DNA from: the human T2T-CHM13v2.0 reference genome, Homo sapiens
Assembly: GCF_009914755.1 (NCBI RefSeq)
Contig: NC_060933.1
DNA: 64,000 nucleotides
Direction: 5' to 3' (one strand)
Shown: positions 1 through 15,700 of the stretch, in pieces
Layout: the number at the start of each line of letters is the position of its first letter
Position numbering within the stretch: position 1 is the stretch's first letter
The notes under the pieces: model-generated
What the model was told of the DNA's origin: nothing
What the model saw: only the letters and a program-made list of their open reading frames with translations
Databases searched by the model: none
Translations under genes and position numbers: made by a program

Positions 1-3000
1 ATTCCATTCAATTGCATTCCATTCCATTGCATTCCCCTGTACTCGGGTTGATTCCATTCCATTCCATTCCAATCCATGCCATTCCACTCGTGTTGATTCC
101 ATTCTTTCCTTTCCATTCAAGTTGAATCCATTCCATTGCATTCCATTCCATTCGATTCCATTCTATTGCACTCGGGTTGATTCCATTCCATTGCATTCCA
201 TTCCATTCCATTCCATTCCATTCCATTCCATTCCATTCCGTTCCATTCCATTACATTACATTCGGATTGATTCTATTCAATTCCCTTACACTTCATTATA
301 TTCCATTCCATTCGGGTAGTTTCCATTCCATTCCATTCCATTCCTCTCCATTCCATTGCACTCGGGTTGATTCCATTCCATTGCATTCCATTCCATTCCA
401 TTCCATTCCATTCCGTTCCATTCCATTCCATTACATTCGGATTGATTCTATTCAACTCCCTTACTCTCCATTACATTCCATTCCATTTCGGTTGTTCCAT
501 GCCATTCCATTCCATTCCACTCCATTCCATTGCACTCGGGTTGATTCCATTCCATTCCATTCCATTCCATTCCATTCCATTTCATTCCATTACGGAAGAT
601 TCCATTCCATTGCATTCCATTCCATTCCATTCCCCAGCACTCGCGTTGATTCCATTCCATTCAATTCCATTCCATTCCCTTCCTTTCCGTTCCATTCCAT
701 TCCATTCCATTCCATTCCATTCCGTTCCGTTCCATTCCATTCCATTCCATTCTACTCGGGTTAATTCCATTCCATTCCATTCGATTGCAATCGAGTTGAT
801 TCCATTCCATTCCATTCCATTCCATTCCATTCCATTCCATTCCTTCCCATTCCATTACGGATGATTCCATTCCATTGCATTCCATTCCATGCCATTCCCC
901 TGTACTCGGGTTGATTCCATTCCATTTCATTCCAATCCATGCCCTTCCACTCGTGTTGATTCCATTCTTTCCATTCCATTCAAGTTGAATCCATTCCATT
1001 GCACTCCATTCCATTCGATTCCATTCGATTGCATTCGGGTTGATTCCATTCCATTGCATTCCATTCCATTCCATTCCATTCCATTCCATTCCATTCCGTT
1101 CCATTCCATTCCATTACATTCGGATTGATTCTATTCAATTCCCTTACACTCCATTACATTCCATTCCATTCGGGTAGTTTCCATTCCATTCCATTCCATT
1201 CCTCTCTATTCCATTGAACTCGGGTTGATTCCATTCCATTGCATTCCATTCCATTCCATTCAATTCAATTCCGTTCCATTCCATTCCATTACATTCGGAT
1301 TGATTCTATTCAACTCCCTTACTCTCCATTATATTCCATTCCATTCGGGTTGTTCCATTCCATTCCATTCCATTCCATTCCATTCCATTCCATTCCGGAA
1401 GATTCCATTCCATTGCATTCCATTCCATTCCATTCCCCTGCACTCGCGTTGATTCCATTCCATTCCATTCCATTCCATTCCTTTCCGTTCCATTCCATTC
1501 CATTCCATTCCATTCCAATCCATTCCATTCCGTTCCGTTCCGTTCCATTCCATTCCATTCCATTCTATTCGGGTTAATTCCATTCCATTCCATTCGATTG
1601 CACTCGCGTTGATTCCATTCCATTCCATTCAATTCCATTCCATTACAATTCGTTCCATTCCATTCTATTCCGTACCATTCCATTCCATTGCATACCATTC
1701 CATTCCATTCCATTCCATTCCATTCCGTTCCATTCCATTCCATTCCATTCCATTCCATTCTATTCGGATTAATTCCATTCCATTCCATTCCATTCCATTC
1801 CATTCTATTCCATTCCATTGCAATCGAGTTGAATCCATTGCATTTCATTCCATTCCATTCCATTCCATTCCTTTCCGGAAGATTCCATTCCATTCCATTC
1901 CATTCCATTCCATTCCGTTCCGTTCCATTCCATTCCATTCCATTCCATTCCATTCCGTTCCGTTCCATTCCATTCCATTCCATTCTATTCGGGTTAATTC
2001 CATTCCATTCCATTCGATTTCAATCGAGTTGATTCCATTCCATTCTATTCCATTCCATTCCATTCCATTCCATTCCTTTCCATTCCATTACGGATGATTC
2101 CATTCCATTGCATTCCATTCCATTCCATTCCCCTGTACTCGGGTTGATTCCATTCCATTCTATTCCAATCCATGCCATTCCACTCGTGTTGATTCCAGTC
2201 TTTCCATTCCATTCAAGTTGAATCCATTCCATTGCATTCCATTCCATTCCATTCCCCTGCAGTCGGGTTGATTCCATTCCATTCCATTCCATTCCATTCC
2301 ATTCTATTCCATTCCATTCCGTTCCGTTCCGTTCCATTCCATTCCATTCCACTCTATTCGGGTTAATTCCATTCCATTCCATTCCATTCCATTCCAATCG
2401 AGTTGATTCCATTCCATTCCATTCCATTCCATTCCACTCCATTCCAGTCCTTTCCATTCCATTCCACTCGGGTTGATTCCAATGTATTCCTTTCAATTCC
2501 ATTCCATTCCATTGCAATCGAGTTGATTCCATTGCTTTGCATTCCATTCCATTCCATTCCATTCCGGATGATTCCATTCCATTGCATTCCATTCCATTCC
2601 ATTCCCCTGCACTCGGGTTGATTCCATTCCATTCCACTCCATTCCGTTCCATTCCATTCCATTCCATTGTATTCGGGTTAATTCCATTCCATTCCATTCC
2701 ATTCCATTCCATTCCATTCCATTCCATTCCATTACAATCGAGTTGATTCCATTCCATTCCATTCCATTCCATTCCATTCCAGTCCTTTCCATTCCATTCC
2801 ACTCGGGTTGATTCCATTCTATTAGTTTCCATTCCATTCCATTCCCTTCCATTACACTCTGGTTGATTCCATTCCTTTCCATTCCACTCGAATACATTCC
2901 CTCCTATTCCACTCGGAACGATTCCATTCCATTCCATTCCATTCCATTCCATTCCATTCCATTCCAGTTCGTTCCATTCCATTCTATTCCGTACCATTCC

Positions 3001-6000
3001 ATTCCATTCCATTCCTTTCCATTCCATTCCTTTCCACTCGTGTTGATTCCATTCCTTTCCATTCCATTCGGTTTGAAGGCATTCCATTCCATTCCATTCC
3101 ATTCCATTCCATTCCATTCCATTCCATTCCATTCCGTTACATTCGGATTGATTCTATTCAATTCCCTTACACTCCATTACATTCCATTCCATTCGGGATG
3201 TTTCCATTCCATTCCATTCCATTCCACTCCATTCCATTGCATCAGGTTGATTGCATTGCATTCCATTCCATTCCATTCCGGATGATTCCATTCCATTGCA
3301 TTCCATTCCATTCCATTCCCCTGCACTCGGGTTGATTCCATTCCATTCCATTCCATTCCATTCCATTCCATTCCATTCCGTTCCATTCCATTCCATTCCA
3401 TTCTATTCCGGTTAATTCCATTCCATTCCATTCGATTGCAATCGTGTTGATTCCATTCCATTCCATTCCATTCCATTCCATTCCATTGCATTCCTTTCCA
3501 TTCCATTACGGATGATTCCATTTCATTGCATTCCATTCCATTCCATTCCCCTGTACTCGGGTTGATTCCATTCCATTGCATTCCAATCCATGCCCTTCCA
3601 GTCGTGTTGATTCCATTCTTTCCATTCCATTCAAGTTGAATCCATTCCATTGCATTCCATTCCATTCGATTCCATTCGATTGCACTCGGGTTGATTCCAT
3701 TCCATTGCATTCCATTCCTTTCCATTCCATTCCATTCCATTCCATTCCATTCCGTTCCATTCCATTCCATTACATTCGGATTGATTCTATTCAATTCCCT
3801 TGCACTCCATTACATTCCATTCCATTCGGGTAGTTTCCATTCCATTCCATTCCATTCCTCTCCATTCCATTGCACTCGGGTTGATTCCATTCCATTGCAT
3901 TCCATTCCATTCCATTCAATTCCATTCCGTTCCATTGCATTCCATTACATTCGGATTGATTCTATTCAACTCCCTTACTCTCCATTACATTCCATTCCAT
4001 TTCATTCCATTCCATTCCATTCCATTCCACTCCATTCCATTGCACTCGGGTTTATTCAATTCCATTCCATTCCATTCCATTCCATTCCATTCCATTCCAT
4101 TCCGGAAGATTCCATTCCATTGCATTCCATTCCATTCCATTCCATTGCTTTCCATTCCATTCCATTCCCCTGCACTCGCGTTGATTCCATTCCATTCCAT
4201 TCCATTCCATTCCATTCCTTTCCGTTCCATTCTATTCCATTCCATTCGATTGCAATCGAGTTGATTCCATTCTATTCCATTCCATTCCATTCCATTCCTT
4301 TCCATTCCATTACGGATGATTCCATTCCATTGCATTACATTACATTCCATTCCCCTGTACTCGGGTTGATTCCATTCCATTCCATTCCATTCCATTCTAT
4401 TCCATTCCATTCCATTCCATTCCAGAAGTTTCCATTCCATTGCATTCCATTCCATTCCATTCCCCTGCACTCGCGTTGATTCCATTCCATTCCATTCCAT
4501 TCCATTCCATTGCATTCCATTCCGATCCGTTCCATTCCATTCCATTCCATTCCATTCCGTTCCGTTCCATTCCATTCCATTCCATTCTATTCGGGTTAAT
4601 TCCATTCCATTCCATTCAATTGCAATCGAGTTGATTCCATTCCATTCCATTCCATTCCATTCCATTCCATTCCTTTCCATTACATTACGGGTGATTCCAT
4701 TCCATTTCATTCCATTCCATTCCATTCCCCTGTACTAGGGTTGATTCTATTCCATTCCATTCCAATCCATGCCATTCCACTCGTGTTGATTCCATTCTTT
4801 CCATTCCATTCAAGTTGAATCCATTCCATTGCATTCCATTCCATTCGATTCCATTCGATTGCACTCGGATTGATTCCATGGCATTGCATTCCATTCCATT
4901 CCATTCCATTGCATTCCTTTCCATTCCATTCCATTCCATTCCATTCGGATTCATTCTATTCAATTCCCTTACACTCCATTAGATTCCATTCCATTCGTGT
5001 AGTTTGCATTCCATTCCATGCCATTCCTCTCCATTCCATTGCACTCGGGTTGATTCCATTCCATTCCTTTCTGTTCCATTCCACTCCATTCCATTCCATT
5101 CTATTCGTGTTAATTCCGTTCCATTCTATTCCATTCCATTCCATTGAAATCGAGTTGATTCCATTCCATTCAATTCCATTCCATTCCATTCAATTCCATT
5201 CGGGATGATTCCATTCCATTTTATTCCATTCCATTCCATTCCACTGCACTCGGGTTGATTCCATTCCATTCCATTCCATTACATTCCATTCCATTCCGTT
5301 CCATTTCATTCTATTCGGGTTAATTCCATTCCATTCCATTCCATTGCAATGGAGTAGATTCCATTCCATTCCATTGCAATGGAGTTGATTCCATTCTATT
5401 CCATTCCATTCCGGATGATTCCATTCCATTGCATTCCATTCCATTCCATTGCCCTGCACTCGTGTTCATTCCATTCCGTCCATTCCATTCCATTCCATTC
5501 TATTCCGGTTAATTCCATTCCATTCCATTCCATTCCATTCTATTCCATTGCAATCGAGTTGATTCCATTCCATTCCTTTCCATTCCATTCCATTGTCTTG
5601 CATTCCACTCGGGTTGATTCCATTCCCTTCTTTCCACTCCATTACATTCCCTTCCATTCCACTCGGAATGATTGATTCCATTCCATTCCATTCCATTTCA
5701 TTCCATTGCAATCCATTCCAATCCATTCCATTCCATTCCATTCCACTCGAGTTGACTTCATTCCATTCCTTTCCATTCCATTTCATTCCTTTCCACTCGA
5801 GTTGATTCCATTCCATTTCAATCCATTGCATTCCATTCCATGCCATTCCACTCGGGTTGATTCCATTCCTTTGCATTCCATTCCATTCCATTCCATTCCA
5901 TTCCGTTGCATTCCATTCCATTACATTCGGATTGATTCTATTCAACTCCCTTACTCTCCATTAAATTCCATTCCATTCGGGTTGTTCCATTCCATTCCAT

Positions 6001-6396
6001 TCCATTCCACTCCATTCCATTGCACTCGGGTTGATTCCATTCCATTCCATTCCATTCCATTCCATTCCATTCCGGATGATTCCATTCCATTACATTCCGT
6101 TCCATTACATTCCCCTGCACTCGCGTTGATTCCATTCCATTCCATTCCATTCCATTCCATTCAATTCCATTCCATTACAATTCGTTCCATTCCATTCTAT
6201 TCCGTACCATTCCATTCCATTCCATACCATTCCATTCCATTCCATTCCATTCCATTCCATTCTGGAAGATTCCATTCCATTGCATTCCATTCCATTCCAT
6301 TCCCCTGCACTCGCGTTGATTCCATTCCATTCCATTCCATTCCATTCCATTCCTTTCCGTTCCATTCCATTCCATTCCATTCCATTCCATTCCATT

Positions 6397-6431
6397 CCGT
6401 TCCGTTCCGTTCCGTTCCGTTCCGTTCCGTT
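6397..6431 (+). repeat. (CCGTT)7 variant-pentamer microsatellite inside the satellite
   Basis: Seven consecutive CCGTT units replace CCATT. Runs of about 5 occur at 6766-6790, 12441-12465 and 25542-25566. Confidence 0.9.
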
Positions 6432-8995
6432 CCATTCCATTCCATTCCATTCTATTCGGGTTAACTCCATTCCATTCCATTCGATTGCAATCGAGTAGAT
6501 TCCATTCCATTCCATTCCATTCCATTCCATTCCATTCCATTCCATTCCTTTCCATTCCATTACGGATGATTCCATTCCATTGCATTCCATTCCATTCCAT
6601 TCCCCTGTACTCGGGTTGATTCCATTCCATTCCATTCCAATCCATGCCATTCCACTCGTGTTGATTCCATTCTTTCCATTCCATTCAAGTTGAATCCATT
6701 CCATTGCATTCCATTCCATTCCATTCCCCTGCAGTCGGGTTGACTCCATTCCATTCCATTCCATTCCGTTCCGTTCCGTTCCGTTCCGTTCCATTCCATT
6801 CCATTCTATTCGGGTTAATTCCATTCCATTCCATTCCATTCCATTCCTTTCCAATCGAGTTGATTCCATTCCATTCCATTCCACTCCATTCCAGTCCTTT
6901 CCATTCCATTCCACTCGTGTTGATTCCATTCCCTTCCATTCCATTCCATACCATTCCATTCCATTCCATTCCGTTCCATTCCGTTCCATTCCATTCCATT
7001 CCATTCTATTCGGATTAATTCCATTCCATTCCATTCCATTCCATTCTATTCCATTCCATTGCAATCGAGTTGAATCCATTGCATTTCATTCCATTCGATT
7101 CCATTCCATTCCATTCCGGAAGTTTCCATTCCATTGCATTCCATTCCATTCCATTCCATTCCGTTCCGTTCCATTCCATTCCATTCCATTCCGTTCCATT
7201 CCATTCTATTCCATTCCATTCTATTCTGGTTAATTCCATTCCATTCCATTCGATTGCAATCGAGTTGATTCCATTCCATTCTATTCCATTCCATTCCATT
7301 CCATTCCTTTCCATTCCATTACGGATGATTCCATTCCATTGCATTCCATTCCATTCCATTCCCCTGTACTCGGGTTGATTCCATTCCATTCCATTCCAAT
7401 CCATGCCATTCCACTCGTGTTGATTCCATTCTTTCCATTCCATTCAAGTTGAATCCATTCCATTGCATTCCATTCATTCGATTCAATTCGATTGCACTCG
7501 GGTTGATTCCATTGCATTGCATTCCATTCCATTCCATTCCATTCCATTCCGTTCCATTCCATTCCATTACATTCGGATTGATTCTATTCAATTCCCTTAC
7601 ACTCCATTACATTCCATTCCATTCGGGTAGTTTCCATTCCATTCCATTCCATTCCTCTCCATTCCATTGCACTCGGGTTGATTCCATTCCATTGCATTCC
7701 ATTCCATTCCATTCAATTCCATTCCGTTCCATTGCATTCCATTACATTCGGATTGATTCTATTCAACTCCCTTACTCTCCATTACATTCCATTCCATTCG
7801 GGTTGTTCCATTCCATTCCATTCCATTCCACTCCATTCCATTGCACTCGGGTTTATTCCATTCCATTCCATTCCATTCCATTGCATTCCGGAAGATTCCA
7901 TTCCATTGCATTCCATTCCATTCGAATCCCCTGCACTCGCGTTGATTCCATTCCATTCCATTCCATTCCATTCCATTCCATTCCATTCCATTCCATTCCA
8001 TTCCTTTCCGTTCCATTCCATTCCATTCCATTCCATTCCAATCCATTCCATTCCGTTCCGTTCCGTTCCATTCCATTCCATTCCATTCTTTTCGGGTAAT
8101 TCCATTCCATTCCATTCGATTGAAATCGAGTTGATTCCATTCCATTCCATTCCATTCCATTCCTTTCCTTTCCATTCCATTACGGATGATTCCATTCCAT
8201 TGCATTCCATTCCATTCCATTCCCCTGTACTCGGGTTGATTCCATTCCATTCCATTCCAATCCATGCCATTCCACTCGTGTTGTTTCCATTCTTTCCATT
8301 CCATTCAAGTTGAATCCATTCCATTGCATTCCATTCCATTCGATTCCATTCGATTGCACTCGGGTTGATTCCATTCCATTGCATTCCATTCCATTCCATT
8401 TCATTCCATTCCATTCCTTTCCATTCCATTCCATTCCATTCCATTCCATTGCAATCGAGTTGATTCCATTCCATTCCTTTCCATTCCATTCCATTGCCTT
8501 GCATTCCAGTCGGGTTGATTCCATTCCCATCTTTCCACTCCATTACATTCCCTTCCATTCCACTCGAATGATTGATTCCATTCCATTCCATTCCATTTCA
8601 TTCCATTGCAATCCATTCCAATCCATTCCATTCCATTCCATTCCACTCGAGTTGATTTCATTCCATTCCTTTCCATTCCATTCCATTCCTTTCCACTCGA
8701 GTTGATTCCATTGCATTCCTTTCCATTGCATTCCGTTCCATGCCATTCCACTCGGGTTGATTCCATTCCATTCCATTCCATTCCAATCCATTCCATTGCA
8801 TTCCATTCCATTCCTTTCCCCTGCACTCGGGTTAATTCCATTCCATTCCATTCCATTTAATTCCATTCCATTCCATTCCATTCCTTTCCAATCCGTTCCA
8901 TTCCATTCCATTCTATTCCATTGCAATCGACTTGATTCCATTCCATTCCATTCCATTCCATTCTATTCCATTCCATTCCATTCCATTCCATTCCA

Positions 8996-9085
8996 TTTTT
9001 TTCCAATCCATTCTATTCCGAACCATTCCATTCCATTCCATTTTTTTCCAATCCATTCTATTCCGAACCATTCCATTCCATTCCA
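8996..9085 (+). repeat. 45-bp tandem duplication
   Basis: TTTTTTTCCAATCCATTCTATTCCGAACCA starts at 8996 and again at 9041. Confidence 0.9.
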
Positions 9086-12000
9086 TTCCATTCCATTCCA
9101 TTCCATTCCAGCCATTCCACTCGGGTTGATTCCATTCCTTTCCATTCCATTCGGGTTGAATCCATTCCACTCCATTCCATTCCATTCGAATCCATTCCAT
9201 TGCACTCGGGTTGATTCCATTCCATTCCATTCCATTCGATTCCATTCCATTCGATTCCATTCCGTTCCATTCCATTGCATTACATTCACATTGATTCTAT
9301 TCAATTCCCTTACACTCCATTATATTCCAATCCATTCTGGTTGTTTCCATTCCATTCCATTCCATTTCACTCCATTCCATTGCACTCGGTTTGATTCCAT
9401 TCCATTCCATTCCATTCCATTCCGGATGATTCCATTCCATTGCATTCCATTCCATTCCATTCCCCTGCACTCAGGTTGATTCCATTCCATTCCATTCCAC
9501 TGCATTCGGTTCCGTTCCATTCCATTCTATTGCATTCCATTCTATTCGGGTTAATTCCATTCCATTCTATTCCATTCCATTCCATTCCATTCCATTGTAA
9601 TGGAGTTGATTCCTTTCCATTCCATTCCATTCCGGATGATTCCATTCCATTGCATTCCATTCCATTCCATTCCCCTGCACTCGTGTTGATTCCATTACCT
9701 TCCATTCCATTCCATTCCGTTCCATTCCATTGCATTCCATTCTATTCCGGTTAATTCCATTCCATTCCATTCCATTCCATTCCATTCCATTGCAATCGAG
9801 TTGATTCCATTCCATTCCTTTCCATTCCATTCCATTGCCTTGCATTCCAATCGGATTGATTCCATTCCCTTCTTTCCACTCCATTACATTCCCTTCCATT
9901 CCACTCGGAATGATTGATTCCATTCCATTCCATTCCATTTCATTCCGTTGCAATCCATTCCAATCTATTCCATTCCATTCCTTTCCACTCGAGTTGATTT
10001 CATTCCATTCCTTTCCATTCCATTCCATTCCTTTCCACTCGAGTTGATTCCATTCCATTCCATTCCATTGCATTCCATTCCATGCCATTCCACTCGGGTT
10101 GATTCCATTCCTTTGCATTCCATTCCATTCCATTCCATTCCATTCCATTCCATTCCATTCCATTCCATTCCGTTGCATTCCATTCCATTACATTCGGATT
10201 GATTCTATTCAACTCCCTTACTCTCCATTACATTACATTCCATTCGGGTTGTTCCATTCCATTCCATTCCATTCCGAATGATTCCATTCCATTGCATTCC
10301 ATTCGATTACATTACCCTGCACTCGCGTTGATTCCATTCCATTCCATTCCATTCCATTCAATTCCATTCTATTACAATTCGTTCCATTCCATTCTATTCC
10401 GTACCATTCCATTCCATTCCATACCATTCCATTCCATTCCATTCCATTCCATTCCATTCCATTCCGTTCCATTCCGTTCCATTCCATTCCATTTTATTCG
10501 GGTTAATTACATTCCATTCCATTCCATTCCATTCTATTCCATTCCATTGCAATCGAGTTGAATCCATTGCATTTCATTCCATTCCATTCCATTGCATTGC
10601 ATTCTGGAACATTCCATTCCATTGCATTCCATTCCATTCCATTCCCCTGCACTCGCGTTGATTCCATTCCATTCCATTCCATTCCATTCAATTCCATTCC
10701 GTTCCGTTCCATTCCATTCCATTCAATTCCATTCCTTTCCATTCCATTACGGATGATTCCATTCCATTGCATTCCATTCCATTCCATTCCCCTGTACTCG
10801 GGATGATTCCATTCCATTGCATTCCAATCCATGCCCTTCCACTCGTGTTGATTCCATTCTTTCCATTCCATTCAAGTTGAATCCATTCCATTGTATTCCA
10901 TTCCATTCCATTCCATTCGATTGCACTCGGGTTGATTCCATTCCATTGCATTCCATTCCATTCCATTCCATTCCATTCCATTCCATTCCATTCCGTTCCA
11001 TTCCATTCCATTACATTCGGATTGATTCTATTCAATTCCCTTACACTCCATTACATTCCATTCCATTCGGGTAGTTTCCATTCCATTCCATTCCATTCCT
11101 CTCCATTCCATTGCACTCGGGTTGATTCCATTCCATTGCATTCCATTCCATTCCATTCAATTCCATTCCGTTCCATTCCATTCCATTACATTTGGATTGA
11201 CTCTATTCAACTCCCTTACTCTCCATTACATTCCATTCCATTCGGGTTGTTCCATTCCATTCCATTCCATTCCACTCCATTCCATTGCACTCGGGTTTAT
11301 TCCATTCCATTCCATTCCATTCCATTCCATTCCATTCCATTCCATTCCGGAAGATTCCATTCCATTGCATTCCATTCCATTCCATTCCCCTGCACTCGCG
11401 TTGATTCCATTCCATTCCATTCCGTTCCATTCCATTCCATTCCATTCCATTCCTTTCCGTTCCATTCCATTCCATTCCATTCCATTCCATTCCATTCCGT
11501 TCCGTTCCGTTCCGTTCCATTCCATTCCATTCCATTCTATTCGGGATAACTCCATTCCATTCCATTCGATTGCAATCGAGTTGATTCCATTCCATTCCAT
11601 TCCATTCCATTCCATTCCTTTCCATTCCATTACGGATGATTCCATTCCATTGCATTCCATTCCATTCCATTGCATTCCATTCCATTCCATTCCCCTGTAC
11701 TCGGGTTCATTCCATTCCATTCCATTCCAATCCATGCCATTCCACTCGTGTTGATTCCATTCGTTGCATTCCATTCAAGTTGAATCCATTCCATTGCATT
11801 CCATTCCATTCCATTCCCCTGCAGTCGGTTTGACTCCATTCCATTCCATTCCATTCCATTCCATTCCATTCCATTCCGTTCCAATCGAGTTGATTCCATT
11901 CCATTCCATTCCATTCCATTCCACTCCATTCCAGTCCTTTCCATTCCATTCCACTCGTGTTGATTCCATTCCCTTTCATTCCATTCCATACCATTCCGTT

Positions 12001-12789
12001 CCATTCCATTCCATTCCATTCTATTCGGATTAATTCCATTCCATTCCATTCCATTCCATTCTATTCCATTCCATTGCAATCGAGTTGAATCCATTGCATT
12101 TCATTCCATTCCATTCCATTCCATTCCATTCCGGAAGTTTCCATTCCATTGCATTCCATTCCATTCCATTCCATTCCGTTCCGTTCCATTCCATTCCATT
12201 CCATTCCGTTCCGTTCCATTCCATTCCATTCCATTCTATTCTGGTTAATTCCATTCCATTCCATTCCATTCCATTCCATTCCATTCCATTCCATTCCATT
12301 CCGTTCCATTCCGGAAGATTCCATTCCATTGCATTCCATTCCATTCCATTCCCCTGCACTCGCGTTGATTCCATTCCATTCCATTCCATTCCATTCCATT
12401 CCATTCCATTCCATTCCTTTCCGTTCCATTCCATTCCATTCCGTTCCGTTCCGTTCCGTTCCGTTCCATTCCATTCCATTCCATTCTATTCGGGTTAATT
12501 CCATTCCATTCCATTCGATTGCAATCGAGTTGATTCCATTCCATTCCATTCCATTCCATTCCATTCCATTCCATTCCATTCCATTCCTTTCCATTCCATT
12601 ACGGATGATTCCATTCCATTGCATTCCATTCCATTCCATTCCCCTGTACTCGGGTTGATTCCATTCCATTCCATTCCAATCTATGCCATTCCACTCGTGT
12701 TGATTCCATTCTTTCCATTCCATTCAAGTTGAATCCATTCCATTGCATTCCATTCCATTCCATTCCCCTGCAGTCAGGTTGTCTCCATT

Positions 12790-15700
12790 CCATTCCATTC
12801 CATTCCATTCCATTCCATTCCATTCCGGAAGATTCCATTCCATTGCATTCCATTCCATTCCATTCCCCTGCACTCGCGTTGATTCCATTCCATTCCATTC
12901 CATTCCATTCCGTTCCGTTCCGTTCCATTCCATTCCATTCCATTCCATTCCATTCCATTCCATTCCGTTCCGTTCCATTCCATTCCATTCCATTCTATTT
13001 GGTTTAATTCCATTCCATTCCATTGGATTGCAATCGAGTTGATTCCATTCCATTCCATTCCATTCCATTCCATTCCATTCCATTCCTTTCCATTCCATTA
13101 CGGATGACTCCATTCCACTGCATTCCATTCCATTCCATTCCCCTGTACTCGGGTTGATTCCATTCCATTCCATTGCAATCCATGCCATTCCACTCGTGTT
13201 GATTCCATTCTTTCCATTCCATTCAAGTTGAATCCATTCCATTGCATTGCATTCCATTCGATTCCATTCGATTGCACTCGGGTTGATTCCATTCCATTCC
13301 ATTCCATTCCATTCCATTCCATTCCATTCCATTCTATTCCGTTCCATTCCATTCCATTACATTCGGATTGATTCTATTCAATTCCCTTACACTCCATTAC
13401 ATTCCATTCCATTCGGGTAGTTTCCATTCCATTCCATTCCATTCCTCTCCATTCCATTGCACTCAGGTTGATTCCATTCCATTGCATTCCATTCCATTCC
13501 ATTCAATTCCATTCCGTTTCATTCCATTCCATTACATTCGGAATGATTCTATTCAACTCCCTTACTCTCCATTACATTCCATTCCATTCGGGTTGTTCCA
13601 TTCCATTCCATTCCATTCCACTCCATTCCATTGCACTCGGGTTGATTCCATTCCATTCCATTCCATTCCATTCCGGAAGATTCCATTCCATTGCATTCCA
13701 TTACATTCCATTACCCTGCACTCGCGTTGATTCCATTACATTCCATTCCATTCCATTCCATTCCGTTCCATTCCATTCCTTTCCGTTCCATTCCATTCCA
13801 TTCCATTCCATTCCATTCCGTTCCGTTCCGTTCCGTTCCATTCCATTCCATTCTATTCGGGTTAATTCCATTCCATTCCATTCGATTGCAATCGAGTTGA
13901 TTCCATTCCATTCCATTCCATTCCATTCCATTCCATTCCATTCCTTTCCATTCCATTACGGATGATTCAATTCCATTGCATTCCATTCCATTCCATTCCC
14001 CTGTACTCGGGTTGATTCCATTCCATTCCATTCCAATCCATGCCATTCCACTCGTGTTGATTCCATTCTTTCCATTCCATTCAAGTTGAATCCATTCCAT
14101 TGCATTCCATTCCATTCGATTCCATTCGATTGCACTCGGGTTGATTCCATGACATTGCATTCCATTCCATTCCATTCCATTCCATTCCATTCCTTTCCAT
14201 TCCATTCCATTCGGATTCATTCTATTCAATTCCCTTACACTCCATTACATTCCATTCCATTCGTGTAGTTTCCATTCCATTCCATTCCAATCCTCTCCAT
14301 TCCATTGCACTCGGGTTGATTCCATTCCATTCCATTCCATTCCATTCCATTCCATTCCATTCCATTCCATTCCAGATGATTCCATTCCATTGAATTCCAT
14401 TCCATTCCATTCCCCTGCACTTAGGTTGATTCCATTCCATTCCATTCCATTCCTTTCTGTTCCATTCAATTCCATTCCATTCCATTCTATTCGTGTTAAT
14501 TCCATTCCATTCTATTCCATTCCATTCCATTGAAATCGAGTTGATTCCATTCCATTCCATTCCATTCCATTCCATTCCATTCCATTCCGGATGATTCCAT
14601 TCCATTGCATTCCATTCCATTCCCTTCCCCTGCACTCAGGTTGATTCCATTCCATTCCATTCCATTACATTCCAGTCCTTTCCATTCCATTCCACTCGGG
14701 TTGATTCCATTCTATTCCTTTCAATTCCATTCCATTCCATTGCAATCGAGTTGATTCCATTCGAGTTGAATCCATTCCATTCCATTCCATTCCATTCCAT
14801 TCCATTGCACACGGGTTCATTCCATTCCATTCCATTCCATTCCGTTCCATTCCATTCCATTCCATTTCATTCCATTCCATTCCACTCGGGTTGATTCCAT
14901 TCTATTCCTTTCAATTCCATTCCATTCCATTGCAATCGAGTTGATTCCATTCGAGTTGAATCCATTCCATTCCATTCCATTCCATTCCATTGCACACGGG
15001 TTCATTCCATTCCATTCCATTCCATTCCGTTCCATTCCATTCCATTCCATTTCATTCCATTCCATTCTATTCCGTACCATTCCATTCCATCCCATTCCAT
15101 TCTGTTCCATTGCATGCCATTACACTCGGGTTGATTCCATTCCTTTCCATTCCATTCTTATTGAATCCATTCCATTCCAATCCATTCGAATCCATTCCAT
15201 TGCACTCGGGTTGATTCCATTCCATTGCATTCCATTCCATTCCATTCCATTCCATTACATTCGGATTGATTCTATTCAATTCCCTTACACTCCATTACAT
15301 TCCATTCCATTCGGGATGTTTCCATTCCATTCCATTCCATTCCACTCCATTCCATTGCATCAGGTTGATTGCATTCCATTCCATTCCATTCCATTCCGGA
15401 TGATTCCATTCCATTGCATTCCATTCCATTCCATTCCCCTGCACTCGGGTTGATTCCATTCCATTCCATTCCATTCCATTCCATTCCATTCCGTTCCATT
15501 CCATTCCATTGCATTCTATTCCGGTTAATTCCATTCCATTCCATTCGATTCCATTCCATTCCATTCCATTCCATTCCATTGCCATCGAGTTGATTCCATT
15601 CCATTCCATTCCATTCCGTTCCGGATGATTCCATTCCATTCCATTCCATTCCCCTGCAGTCGGGTTGATTCCATTCCATTCCATTCCATTCCATTCCATT

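Noticed and set aside
8996-9050. T7 tracts as terminators
   Set aside because: They are in-register substitutions within a duplicated 45-bp unit, with no preceding hairpin or Pol III gene.
13728-13738. DUX4-like motif TGATTCCATTA
   Set aside because: The central CCA does not fit TGATTRRRTTA, and it occurs only as a sporadic variant.
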